64,000 bases of DNA, from the NCBI GenBank assembly GCA_937981995.1, contig CALJNC010000028.1, positions 2,444 to 66,443 on the forward strand. The letters are read 5' to 3'. The translations under genes and the position numbers were made by a program. The notes beneath the pieces were generated by a model, which was not told the DNA's origin, made no database searches, and saw nothing but the letters and a program-made list of their open reading frames with translations. This document shows, piece by piece, positions 28,604 to 37,158 of this stretch. Source of the stretch: an uncultured Chitinophagaceae bacterium. Its GTDB lineage: Bacteria > Bacteroidota > Bacteroidia > Chitinophagales > Chitinophagaceae. Positions within the stretch are counted from its first letter, which is position 1, and each line of letters starts with the position of its first letter.

Positions 28604-30502
28604 ATGATACAGAATTTTAAATTACTTGGTCTAAGCTTGATACTACTTATAAGTTTCCAAGTAAAGGGGCAAGAAAGTCCAGTAGATGGAGGGGATGCAA
28701 AGCGAATTATAAATAATGGTACTTATTTGGGCACCTTTCAACCGGCTGCTGCCGATGTGGATTTGATGCCTGAATTTAAAGCCTTAGGAAACAAAGTAAA
28801 CAAAAGCCAGCATCAAGAATATTTAGCTGCTTATAAGGATAGCTTACGCAGTATAAAGAGAGCGGCAGCAGTGCAACCAAGTGGTACATCAAATAAAACT
28901 ACTGCTTCTATTGATCCAGTAAAAACGTTTGGTTTTAATGCATTGAGTAATCAAGGAACACCTTCTGACAATACAATTGCGATTAATGAAAATGGTCAAA
29001 TAATTGCGGCTGTGAATAGTTCGCTTCGAGTATATAATTCAAATGGTACCAATGGTACAAATATTCAAACGTTTCCATTGTTTTGGAATCCAATAACTTC
29101 AAAAACTGATATGTGCGATCCTTTAGTACATTATGATACTGATTTTGATCGTTTTATTGTTTTTACGCAAGTATGTGATAGAGGTACCGCTGATAATCGT
29201 TTTCTTGTAGCGTTTTCTCAAACAAGTGACCCTACGGGAGCGTACCATTATTATAGTTTTAAGGCAAACTTAAGAGAGGTAATTGGTCCTTCATACCAGT
29301 ATGATACTTGGTTTGATTATCCTAAAATGGCAGTATCTGCTAGTGATTTATTTATCACAGGTAATTTATTTAGAAACTTACCTTCCAATAATTCAACTTT
29401 CGTTGAAAGTGCAATTTTTCAGATTGATAAAGCTGCTTGTTTTGCAGGGGCACAACCTTCTGCAACCGTTTGGTTTGATATTGAAGGAGATCCATTTACA
29501 ATAGTGCCTGCAGGTCATGGCCTAGATGATAATTATGGAGATAAAATGCATTTGATTGCTACCAGAAATACAAACTCAGCAAGCTATGTAAGAATGTATA
29601 CGATTGATGGGAAGGTTACAGGTAATCCTACAGTACTTAATGAAATAATTAATGTACCAACTTATACGCAACCAGCTGATGGAGTTCAGCCCGGTACGAA
29701 TGTAGATTTAAATACAGGAGACATGCGTGGAATGTCTGCTATGTATATCAATGGCACCGTGCATTTTGTTTTTCATAGTAATGGTCCTGGTAACTATGTA
29801 GCAATAAACTATAATCGTTTTACTAAGAATGGTAACAATTGGGTAAGTCAAAATAAGTTAATATCTATACCAGGTGTTGATTGCGCGTTTCCATCTGTTG
29901 CAGCCATGGGTTGGTCACAGTATGAGCAATCAGCATTAATAGTGTTTAATTATTCTTCGCTTAGTTTAAATCCAGGTATACGCTCAATTTTTGTAGATCA
30001 CAATATGAATATATCAAACCATGAAGAGTTGAATACAGGGATTAGCTATGCAAGTTATGGTGTGTCAAATGGTACAACTCGTTGGGGTGATTATACAGGT
30101 ATTACAAGGGAGCATAATGCAACAACTCCTACAGTATGGGGTTTTGGTATGTATGCTGTAAGTAATCATACTTGGCGCAATTATATTTCTAAGATTGAAA
30201 TAGGTGCTTGGCCTGTAGCTAATACAGATATTGAAGAGGCTAAGGAAGAAGTAAGTGTATTTCCTAATCCAGTTTTAGACATCTTGCGTTTGAAGCTAAA
30301 CTTAAAAGAAGGAGGAGCATTAAATGTAGGAGTATATGACTTACAAGGTAAAAAAGTAAGAGATGTATTAAACGGAAATGTATCTGCAGGAGAATCCTTA
30401 TTTTCTTTTAATAAAAACGGTTTAGCTAACGGCACTTACTTAGTAAAGGTTAATGTAAATAATAAATTAGTATCTAATGAGAAGATTGTGGTTGCTAAGT
30501 AG
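28604..30502 (+). CDS. Large secreted T9SS cargo protein of unknown function
   Basis: Signal peptide. No catalytic motif recognised. C-terminal VFPNPVLDILRL...GTYLVKV...KIVVAK CTD. Confidence 0.6.
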   Translation: MIQNFKLLGLSLILLISFQVKGQESPVDGGDAKRIINNGTYLGTFQPAAADVDLMPEFKALGNKVNKSQHQEYLAAYKDSLRSIKRAAAVQPSGTSNKTTASIDPVKTFGFNALSNQGTPSDNTIAINENGQIIAAVNSSLRVYNSNGTNGTNIQTFPLFWNPITSKTDMCDPLVHYDTDFDRFIVFTQVCDRGTADNRFLVAFSQTSDPTGAYHYYSFKANLREVIGPSYQYDTWFDYPKMAVSASDLFITGNLFRNLPSNNSTFVESAIFQIDKAACFAGAQPSATVWFDIEGDPFTIVPAGHGLDDNYGDKMHLIATRNTNSASYVRMYTIDGKVTGNPTVLNEIINVPTYTQPADGVQPGTNVDLNTGDMRGMSAMYINGTVHFVFHSNGPGNYVAINYNRFTKNGNNWVSQNKLISIPGVDCAFPSVAAMGWSQYEQSALIVFNYSSLSLNPGIRSIFVDHNMNISNHEELNTGISYASYGVSNGTTRWGDYTGITREHNATTPTVWGFGMYAVSNHTWRNYISKIEIGAWPVANTDIEEAKEEVSVFPNPVLDILRLKLNLKEGGALNVGVYDLQGKKVRDVLNGNVSAGESLFSFNKNGLANGTYLVKVNVNNKLVSNEKIVVAK

Positions 30503-30734
30503 TTTTATTATTTTAGTTTTTAGCGTTGTTTCCTTATTTGGTTGCAAGGCAAAACGTGCTGCTCAAGCTAAGGAAACGGAGCAGAAAGTGGAGTCTGCTG
30601 CAGTATCAAATGCAGAAGAGGAAATTGAAGTAACTGATGATGAAGTTATTATACATAAGCCGGGTACAATTAATCCAACACAATTGGACAGTATAAAGGC
30701 TGCTAAGAAAAAAATGAAACGAGGTATTAAATAA
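30477..30734 (+). CDS. Small Lys/Glu/Ala-rich lipoprotein (hypothetical)
   Basis: VVSLFGC lipobox; 85 aa; overlaps the preceding gene by 26 nt. Confidence 0.4.
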   Translation: MRRLWLLSSFIILVFSVVSLFGCKAKRAAQAKETEQKVESAAVSNAEEEIEVTDDEVIIHKPGTINPTQLDSIKAAKKKMKRGIK

Positions 30735-30742
30735 ATAAAGCT

Positions 30743-31093
30743 ATGGAGCAAGAAACACTTGAAAAATTACCAGTTAAGTTTACCCAAGGAGCACTTGAAG
30801 AATTATTGCGTTTAAAGTCAGACCGTCCTGAGGATAAGCCTTTTTTGCGTGTAGGTGTAAAAGGAGGTGGTTGTAGCGGACTTACCTACGTTTTAGAGTA
30901 TGACGCTAAAAATGATAAGGACAAATTGTTTACTCTAAGTAATGGTATTGAAATGGCTATGGAGCTTTCCCATGAGATGTATTTAGTAGACGTAGAAATA
31001 GACTTCCAAGGAGGTTTAAACTCCAGAGGCTTTACTTTTACTAATCCAAATGCAAGTGAATCTTGTGGTTGTGGAACCAGCTTTGCAGTTTAG
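30743..31093 (+). CDS. HesB/IscA/ErpA-family Fe-S cluster insertion protein
   Basis: GGGCSG and C-terminal CGCGTSF motifs; 116 aa. Confidence 0.88.
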   Translation: MEQETLEKLPVKFTQGALEELLRLKSDRPEDKPFLRVGVKGGGCSGLTYVLEYDAKNDKDKLFTLSNGIEMAMELSHEMYLVDVEIDFQGGLNSRGFTFTNPNASESCGCGTSFAV

Positions 31094-31896
31094 CTCATTT
31101 CTTCTATAATTTCCTGACTTACTCCTGTAAATGAGAATCCACCATCATGGAATAAATTCTGCATGGTTACTTTTCTTGTAAGATCGCTAAACATAGCAAT
31201 ACAAAAATCTGCACATTCATCAGCACTTGCATTACCAAGTGGTGACATTTTCTCGGCATAATTAAAGAAAGCGTCAAAACCTTTTACACCACTACCAGCA
31301 GTTGTTGGAGTAGGAGATTGAGATATTGTATTTACTCTTACCTTCTTTTTAAAACCATAGTGGTATCCAAAGCTTCGAGCGATACTCTCTAGAACTGCTT
31401 TAGCATCTGCCATATCATTGTAGCCAGGAAAAACACGTTGTGCAGCAATATAAGAAAGTGCTAGAACGGATGCCCATTCATTCAAAGCGTCTTTCTGCAT
31501 AGCAGTTTGTAACACCTTATGAAATGATAAAGAAGATATGTCTAATGTCTTTTGAAAGAAATCATAATTGGTATTTGTGTATTCTTTTTTCTTGCGCACA
31601 TTGGGACTCATGCCTATACTATGTAATACAAAGTCAAGTTTACCTCCTAATGTTTCAACACTATCGTCTATTAAGTTTTCTAAGTCTTCAATGCTTGTAG
31701 CATCGGCACCGATTACTTTGGTGTTGCATTTTTCAGCTAATTTATTTATGCGTCCCATGCGTAATGCAATAGGTGCATTGGTTAAAGTAAAAGTTGCGCC
31801 TTGTTCGTAACATTTTTCTGCTACTTTCCACGCCATTGATTTTTCGTCAAGCGCTCCAAAAATTATTCCTCTTTTACCTTCTAATAAGCCAGCCAT
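31090..31896 (-). CDS. fabI: Enoyl-ACP reductase FabI
   Basis: 268-aa SDR with a FabI-type N-terminus (GKRGIIFGALDEKSMAW) and an S-x-Y..K-region layout. Confidence 0.88.
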   Translation of the reverse strand: MAGLLEGKRGIIFGALDEKSMAWKVAEKCYEQGATFTLTNAPIALRMGRINKLAEKCNTKVIGADATSIEDLENLIDDSVETLGGKLDFVLHSIGMSPNVRKKKEYTNTNYDFFQKTLDISSLSFHKVLQTAMQKDALNEWASVLALSYIAAQRVFPGYNDMADAKAVLESIARSFGYHYGFKKKVRVNTISQSPTPTTAGSGVKGFDAFFNYAEKMSPLGNASADECADFCIAMFSDLTRKVTMQNLFHDGGFSFTGVSQEIIEEMS

Positions 31897-31967
31897 AATT
31901 GATTTAATTTTTAATTTAACTGATGCTAAAGTACATCATAAGAAGGAATGTATGCAATAGGCATCTT

Positions 31968-33626
31968 TTAATTATTTCCCAATAATTCTTTGGCGGCGAG
32001 TATAGCGGATTTGCTGTTTTGCTTACCACTTAGCATTTTAGCAATTTCCTCAATTCGTTCTTCTTTAGATAGTGATTTCACTAAAGTGCTTTGTCTTTTA
32101 TTCACCATTTCTTTATATACATGCAAGTGTTGGTTTGCTTGGGATGCGATTTGCGGTAAATGCGTAATGCTTATTACTTGGTGCTTGTTACTAAGCGTTT
32201 TTAGTACGCCACCTACTTTAACGGCCGTTTCCCCGGATATTCCTGTATCAATCTCATCAAATATCATACAAGGCATACTACTTGTATGCGCTAAGCTTGA
32301 TTTAATGGCTAGCATCAGTCGGCTCATTTCGCCACCACTTATGCTTTTCTTAAGTTCTTGTAACTGCCCAATATTGTTTGCATCAAAAAGGAAATGAATT
32401 TCATCAATTCCATTCTTGCTCATATCTCCAAAAGAATGTTGTACTTCAAATAGGGCATTGGTAAATCCTAAATCAGGAAGAATATTATTTATTTCTTTTT
32501 TAAATTTTTTAATACCACTTACTCTTTTTTTACTAAGCTTTTCTGATTGTTGAAGGCACTTTGTTCTCGTATTATTTAATTTATTTTCAATATTGTCCAA
32601 GTCAATATCTACAGCATGAATCTCATTTATTTTTTCTTCAAATTGATTTCGAATTGCGATTAATTCCTTGGTATTGCTCGCATTGTGCTTGTGCATTAAG
32701 TGGTTGGCAAGATTTACCTTTTCTTGTAAGATACTTAATGCTTCTTGATCAGAGTTGGTATTACTTTCTTGTATTTCTATTTCAGTAGAGATGTCTTTTA
32801 GTTCTTCTATTGTAGATTGTATTCTTGAATAAATTGATTCTATTTCATTAGACAATGCTGTGTAGGTACCAATTTCTTTAGATATGGTTTGCAGGGCACT
32901 TATAATTGATTGTTCATTATTAAATAAGGACTGCAGCGAGGAGCCAAGGGTATCTTTTATGGATTGAGCATTTTCTAAAAGGTTGAGTTCTGTGCTCCAA
33001 TCTTCTACTTCATTATTTTCAATTTTTAAATCATTAAGTTCATTCCAAACAAATTCTAAATAATCTTGCTCGGCTTTGGCCTTTACTGCAAATTCTTTTT
33101 TGGAGTTTAAATCAGTTTCTAATTTTTTATACTCTTTGTAATGGCTTTGATAATTATTCCTTTCTTCGTTTAGCTGTAAGAAGTCATCTATAATATACAA
33201 TTGCTCATTGGTGTGTAAAATTTCATAACTATCAAACTGCCTATGCATATCTACTAAAAGCTTTCCAATTTGTTCTAAGTCCTCAACTTTTACCGGGGTA
33301 TCGTTTAAAAAAGCTCTTGATCTTCCATTAGGACTTATCTCTCTGCGAATAATTAATTCGGGGTATACCTCTATTTCATTTTTAAGTAAAATATCTGAAA
33401 GCTTTTGGTTTTCTGACGCATTAAAAACTGCTTCTACAATACATTTTTCTTCTTTATTTAATATTACTGAGTGATTAGCTCTTTTGCCCAGGATTAGCTC
33501 TAATGCGCCTAATAGGATAGATTTACCAGCACCAGTTTCACCAGTGATTACACTTAGGTTATTTTCAAAAGAAAGAGCAATCTCATCAATTATTGCAAAG
33601 TTTTTAATGAATAGCTTGAGCAACAT
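31968..33626 (-). CDS. recN: DNA repair protein RecN
   Basis: Walker A GETGAGKSILLGAL, a long coiled coil, the GGEMSRLMLAIK signature and FDEIDTGISG Walker B. Confidence 0.94.
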   Translation of the reverse strand: MLLKLFIKNFAIIDEIALSFENNLSVITGETGAGKSILLGALELILGKRANHSVILNKEEKCIVEAVFNASENQKLSDILLKNEIEVYPELIIRREISPNGRSRAFLNDTPVKVEDLEQIGKLLVDMHRQFDSYEILHTNEQLYIIDDFLQLNEERNNYQSHYKEYKKLETDLNSKKEFAVKAKAEQDYLEFVWNELNDLKIENNEVEDWSTELNLLENAQSIKDTLGSSLQSLFNNEQSIISALQTISKEIGTYTALSNEIESIYSRIQSTIEELKDISTEIEIQESNTNSDQEALSILQEKVNLANHLMHKHNASNTKELIAIRNQFEEKINEIHAVDIDLDNIENKLNNTRTKCLQQSEKLSKKRVSGIKKFKKEINNILPDLGFTNALFEVQHSFGDMSKNGIDEIHFLFDANNIGQLQELKKSISGGEMSRLMLAIKSSLAHTSSMPCMIFDEIDTGISGETAVKVGGVLKTLSNKHQVISITHLPQIASQANQHLHVYKEMVNKRQSTLVKSLSKEERIEEIAKMLSGKQNSKSAILAAKELLGNN

Positions 33627-33630
33627 AGTT

Positions 33631-33638
33631 CAAATGTA
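33631..33638 (-). promoter_or_regulatory. Bacteroidota-type -7 promoter box (TAnnTTTG), 4 nt from the recN ATG
   Basis: Minus strand reads TACATTTG-AACT-ATG. It fills most of the 15-nt gap between the upstream stop and the recN start. Confidence 0.35.
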
Positions 33639-33641
33639 ATC

Positions 33642-35117
33642 CTATTTGCCCTGAATGCGCAATAGACCAGATTTTGCTTTATGATCTAATGAAGTTTTGT
33701 ACTCATGTCCTTCTACGGATAATACTTTATTAAAGTATTTAGCAGCCGTTGACTTCTTGTTTAATTTTTCATAAATATAGGCAAGTTGTAATGCGGCACG
33801 AGCAGGGTAGTATTCATTAGACGGATTGGGTGTTGTTAGTGTTTTTTTATAATAGGCAATAGCGGGTTGAATTTTTCGGCTTTCGTCATACACACGCGCT
33901 AATCTATAATTCCACTCAAGTTGTTCAAGGGTTGAGAGTTGAAGTTTTAATGTATTATTTTCTAAAATTTTAGTGGCGGCATTAAAAGAACCACCATCAA
34001 ATAAAAGACGAGCTTTTAGTAAACTCTTATTGCTAAACCTTTTTTGCTTGTAGGTTTTAAGAGCTTGTTTGTCCATGTCTGTTATGCTTGTGCCTACATT
34101 GGGTATTTTAGCTTTATAGTAATTGGCTAATTTCGTATTATTAGATAAATAATAGGCAAAGGCAATTTTAAGTGCCGCATCTTTTTTATAGAAGTAAGAC
34201 TTGGTATTTAAGTATTTTTTTAAATAGGGGATTGCTTTTTTGTATTCTAACTGGTGCAAGTATGCCGCACCCAATACATAGTCAAAAATGATTGGTTGTA
34301 AATAACCTTTGTTCTTATTTCTATTTTGAATGATTGGGATAACCTCCTTAGCTCTGTAATTATTAAGCATTAGATTACTCGCCATGAAAGTATATAAGTA
34401 GTTGTTTTTGGTATCTACATTATAGGTTTTTAGTAATCGCAATGCTTTTTTAGAATCATTTAAAACAATTTCATTTAAGAAGATATAATAGAAAATAGCA
34501 TCGTCTTTAAATAGCTTAGATTTTGCCCCAATGCTATTTCTCAATAATTGCATGCCAAGCTTCATATTGCCTTTTAACCCTATTATATTAGTTATCCATT
34601 TATAGTTGCTGGGCAAGGTGCCAATTATTGTTTTTTGCGCACCATAAAAAATATCTGTTTCTTTAAATTTGGGGAACAGTTTTTTATTCTCTTTAAAGTA
34701 AGCGTGTGCTTTTCTAAAGTCGTTTGCTGCTTTCCAATTCTCCTTATACTTAATATGAATTAAGCTCCATTGTAAGTGTATGATTCCTTTGCTTAATCTG
34801 TAGTAAGGTGAATTTTTATCTGCACCATTTAGGAAGGCTAAGCGTTTGTCTTTTAAGCTTTTTCTTCTTTTATATTGATCGGGGTCATCGGCAAAAGTTA
34901 GTTGCACAAAATCTTCATAGTTTTGAAGCACAACAATTAAACGGTTGTAAGGGTCTGTCTTGATTTCTTTTGATAAATAGCTGCGACCATTCCCTAGCTT
35001 AAAACTTATAAAGTTTTGATATGCCGCTACACAATTAGCGCTTGGCTTAAAATGTGGTTGCTTGGCCATTGTTATAAACGGACAAATTATAAAAGCTATG
35101 GCTACAAGTAATCGCAC
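33642..35117 (-). CDS. Secreted TPR-like repeat protein (hypothetical)
   Basis: Signal peptide. Helical-repeat character (for example ALQLAYIYEKLNKKSTAAKYFNKVL). GTG start. Confidence 0.5.
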   Translation of the reverse strand: MRLLVAIAFIICPFITMAKQPHFKPSANCVAAYQNFISFKLGNGRSYLSKEIKTDPYNRLIVVLQNYEDFVQLTFADDPDQYKRRKSLKDKRLAFLNGADKNSPYYRLSKGIIHLQWSLIHIKYKENWKAANDFRKAHAYFKENKKLFPKFKETDIFYGAQKTIIGTLPSNYKWITNIIGLKGNMKLGMQLLRNSIGAKSKLFKDDAIFYYIFLNEIVLNDSKKALRLLKTYNVDTKNNYLYTFMASNLMLNNYRAKEVIPIIQNRNKNKGYLQPIIFDYVLGAAYLHQLEYKKAIPYLKKYLNTKSYFYKKDAALKIAFAYYLSNNTKLANYYKAKIPNVGTSITDMDKQALKTYKQKRFSNKSLLKARLLFDGGSFNAATKILENNTLKLQLSTLEQLEWNYRLARVYDESRKIQPAIAYYKKTLTTPNPSNEYYPARAALQLAYIYEKLNKKSTAAKYFNKVLSVEGHEYKTSLDHKAKSGLLRIQGK

Positions 35118-35134
35118 GTTCGTAAAAATAGAAA

Positions 35135-35167
35135 TAAAAAAAACGATACCGCAAGGCGGTACCGTTT
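35135..35167 (-). terminator. Rho-independent terminator after the zinc-ribbon gene
   Basis: aaacgataccgc-aag-gcggtaccgttt stem (one mismatch), followed on the minus strand by T8. Confidence 0.7.
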
Positions 35168-35191
35168 AGTATGTAATTTTTTTGTTAGTTA

Positions 35192-35944
35192 TTATACTGT
35201 GATACTCTCAGTTAATTCTTCATCAACTAAAATGCGGCCACAATGCTCACAAATTGTCATACGCTTACGTAATCTAATTTCTGATTGGCTTTGAGGTGGG
35301 ATAGCACTATGGCAACCACCACAAGAGTCACGTTCAACAGATACTACTGCTAATCCGTTTCTAAAACTTCCTCTAATTTTATTGTAGGAAACTAACAAAC
35401 GAGGAAATACTTCGTCTTCAGCTTTTCTACGTTCTTTTGAAAGGCTTTTTTCTTCTTTCTCTGTTTCTGCTTCAATCTTTTTTAGCTCTTCTTTTTTGAT
35501 ATTCAGTACTTCTTGGCGCTGCTTTATCAATACATCAGTTTCACCTTTTTTTACTTCTCTATCTTCAATTTGAGCCGAAGCCATTTTTACATCTTTTTCA
35601 GCTTCTTTTATATCCAACTCACAAGCTTCAATTTGCTTGTTGATAGCTTCGTACTCACGACTATTTTTCACATCGTTTTGTTGCTTCTCATATTTCTTAA
35701 GAGCTTCTTGACCTTCTTTTTCATTTGTCTTTCGCTGTTTAATGTAATCTTCAATTTCTTTAATATTGTTATTTACATTATCAATACGAGTTTGATAACC
35801 CGCTATTTCGTCTTCAAGGTCTTGTACTTCCATAGGAAGTTCACCGCGTAATTTATTGATTTCATCTAATTTAGAATCAATTTTTTGAAGTTTAATAATT
35901 GACTCTAAACGTTCTTGTATGCTATATTCTCTTACTCTTGCCAT
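35192..35944 (-). CDS. Coiled-coil C4 zinc-ribbon protein (COG1579 type)
   Basis: Long coiled coil then CGGCH...CEHCGRIL. This is the classical partner gene downstream of NIF3. Confidence 0.75.
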   Translation of the reverse strand: MARVREYSIQERLESIIKLQKIDSKLDEINKLRGELPMEVQDLEDEIAGYQTRIDNVNNNIKEIEDYIKQRKTNEKEGQEALKKYEKQQNDVKNSREYEAINKQIEACELDIKEAEKDVKMASAQIEDREVKKGETDVLIKQRQEVLNIKKEELKKIEAETEKEEKSLSKERRKAEDEVFPRLLVSYNKIRGSFRNGLAVVSVERDSCGGCHSAIPPQSQSEIRLRKRMTICEHCGRILVDEELTESITV

Positions 35945-37056
35945 TAGAAGTATTTTATTGGATTCGTATTTATTTCAGATAAATGGAGTGCAAAAGTAGG
36001 CATTTTTTTTGATAGAATGTCATAAAATAGCCGTGGAGTGTATTGTTCGCTCTCATAATGGCCAATATCAATAATCGATAGTCGATTATCGCCCTCAAAA
36101 AACTCATGATACTTCACATCCCCTGTAATATAAGCGTCCGCGCCTGCATGTAGCGCTTTGTTTATCAAAAACGCTCCTGAACCACCACATAGCGCAATGG
36201 TTTTAAAGGTTTTAACTTGGCTACTAGTGTATCGCACGCCTTTTGCTTTCATCTTGCTTGATACTAGTTTTAGTAAGTTATTATGACTCAAGCCTTTGTC
36301 TAAATCACCAATGAGTCCTGATCCTATTATTTCTTGTGGATTTTCTAGTTCAACGAGTTCGTAGGCTACCTCTTCGTAGGGGTGATTTTTATTCAAGGCT
36401 TGCAAAACCTTAGCTTTTTTATGATTTGGAAGTATGACTTCTAGTTTGGTTTCAGCAATTTCTGATAGTTTTCCTTTCTTACCAATTACAGGTTGCGCAA
36501 GTTTTATTGGTTTAAAACTACCTTGTCCTTTAGTTTCAAATGAGCAATTTTCATAGTTGCCTATTTCTCCCGCTCCCGCTTCAAAAAGCGCTATTTTTAC
36601 TTTCGCAAGAGATTTCTCAGGTACATATGTATAAAGCTTTGTAAGCTGATTTGCTTTTGCTGAAAGTGGTCTTATATTTTTTAAACCTAACTTTTTAGCA
36701 ATTTGAAAATTTACTCCTTCCATAGTATTATCCATATTAGTATGGCTGGCGTATATAGCAATGTCATTTTTTATAGCATAGGTAACAATCCGCTCAACAT
36801 AATGCTCATTTGTTATTTTTTTTAAACCACCAAAAATGATTGGGTGATGTGCTATAACCAAACCGCATTTCTTTTTTTTAGCTTCCTTAAGTACCTCTTC
36901 AGTGCAATCTAACGTTAGCAATACTTTGGCTACTCTTTTATTCGGATTGCCAATAAGTAAGCCAGAGTTATCATAGTTTTCTTGGAGTGATAATGGTGCC
37001 ACTTCTTCTAGTGCGTTGCAAATATCTTTTATTCTAAATAGCGTTTTTTTAGCCAT
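35944..37056 (-). CDS. Nif3-family dinuclear metal-centre protein
   Basis: NIF3 blocks (NSGLLIGN, VIAHHPIIF, ASHTNMD, GHYESE) with an inserted middle domain; 370 aa. Confidence 0.88.
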   Translation of the reverse strand: MAKKTLFRIKDICNALEEVAPLSLQENYDNSGLLIGNPNKRVAKVLLTLDCTEEVLKEAKKKKCGLVIAHHPIIFGGLKKITNEHYVERIVTYAIKNDIAIYASHTNMDNTMEGVNFQIAKKLGLKNIRPLSAKANQLTKLYTYVPEKSLAKVKIALFEAGAGEIGNYENCSFETKGQGSFKPIKLAQPVIGKKGKLSEIAETKLEVILPNHKKAKVLQALNKNHPYEEVAYELVELENPQEIIGSGLIGDLDKGLSHNNLLKLVSSKMKAKGVRYTSSQVKTFKTIALCGGSGAFLINKALHAGADAYITGDVKYHEFFEGDNRLSIIDIGHYESEQYTPRLFYDILSKKMPTFALHLSEINTNPIKYF

Positions 37057-37060
37057 GTAT

Positions 37061-37068
37061 CAAAAGTA
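37061..37068 (-). promoter_or_regulatory. Bacteroidota-type -7 promoter box (TAnnTTTG), 4 nt from the ATG
   Basis: Minus strand reads TACTTTTG-ATAC-ATG. Confidence 0.35.
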
Positions 37069-37093
37069 AGCTATTGCGTTAGTATCTAAAAGT

Positions 37094-37129
37094 AAAAGAG
37101 CCATCACGCTTACGCTAGATGACTCTTTT
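37094..37129 (-). terminator. Probable terminator after the 37159-38946 gene
   Basis: aaaagagccatc / gatgactctttt 12-bp stem (one mismatch) with a 12-nt loop and a short T-tract on the minus strand. Confidence 0.4.
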
Positions 37130-37158
37130 GGGGATATGTGGAGTTGAAGAACGGTTAA

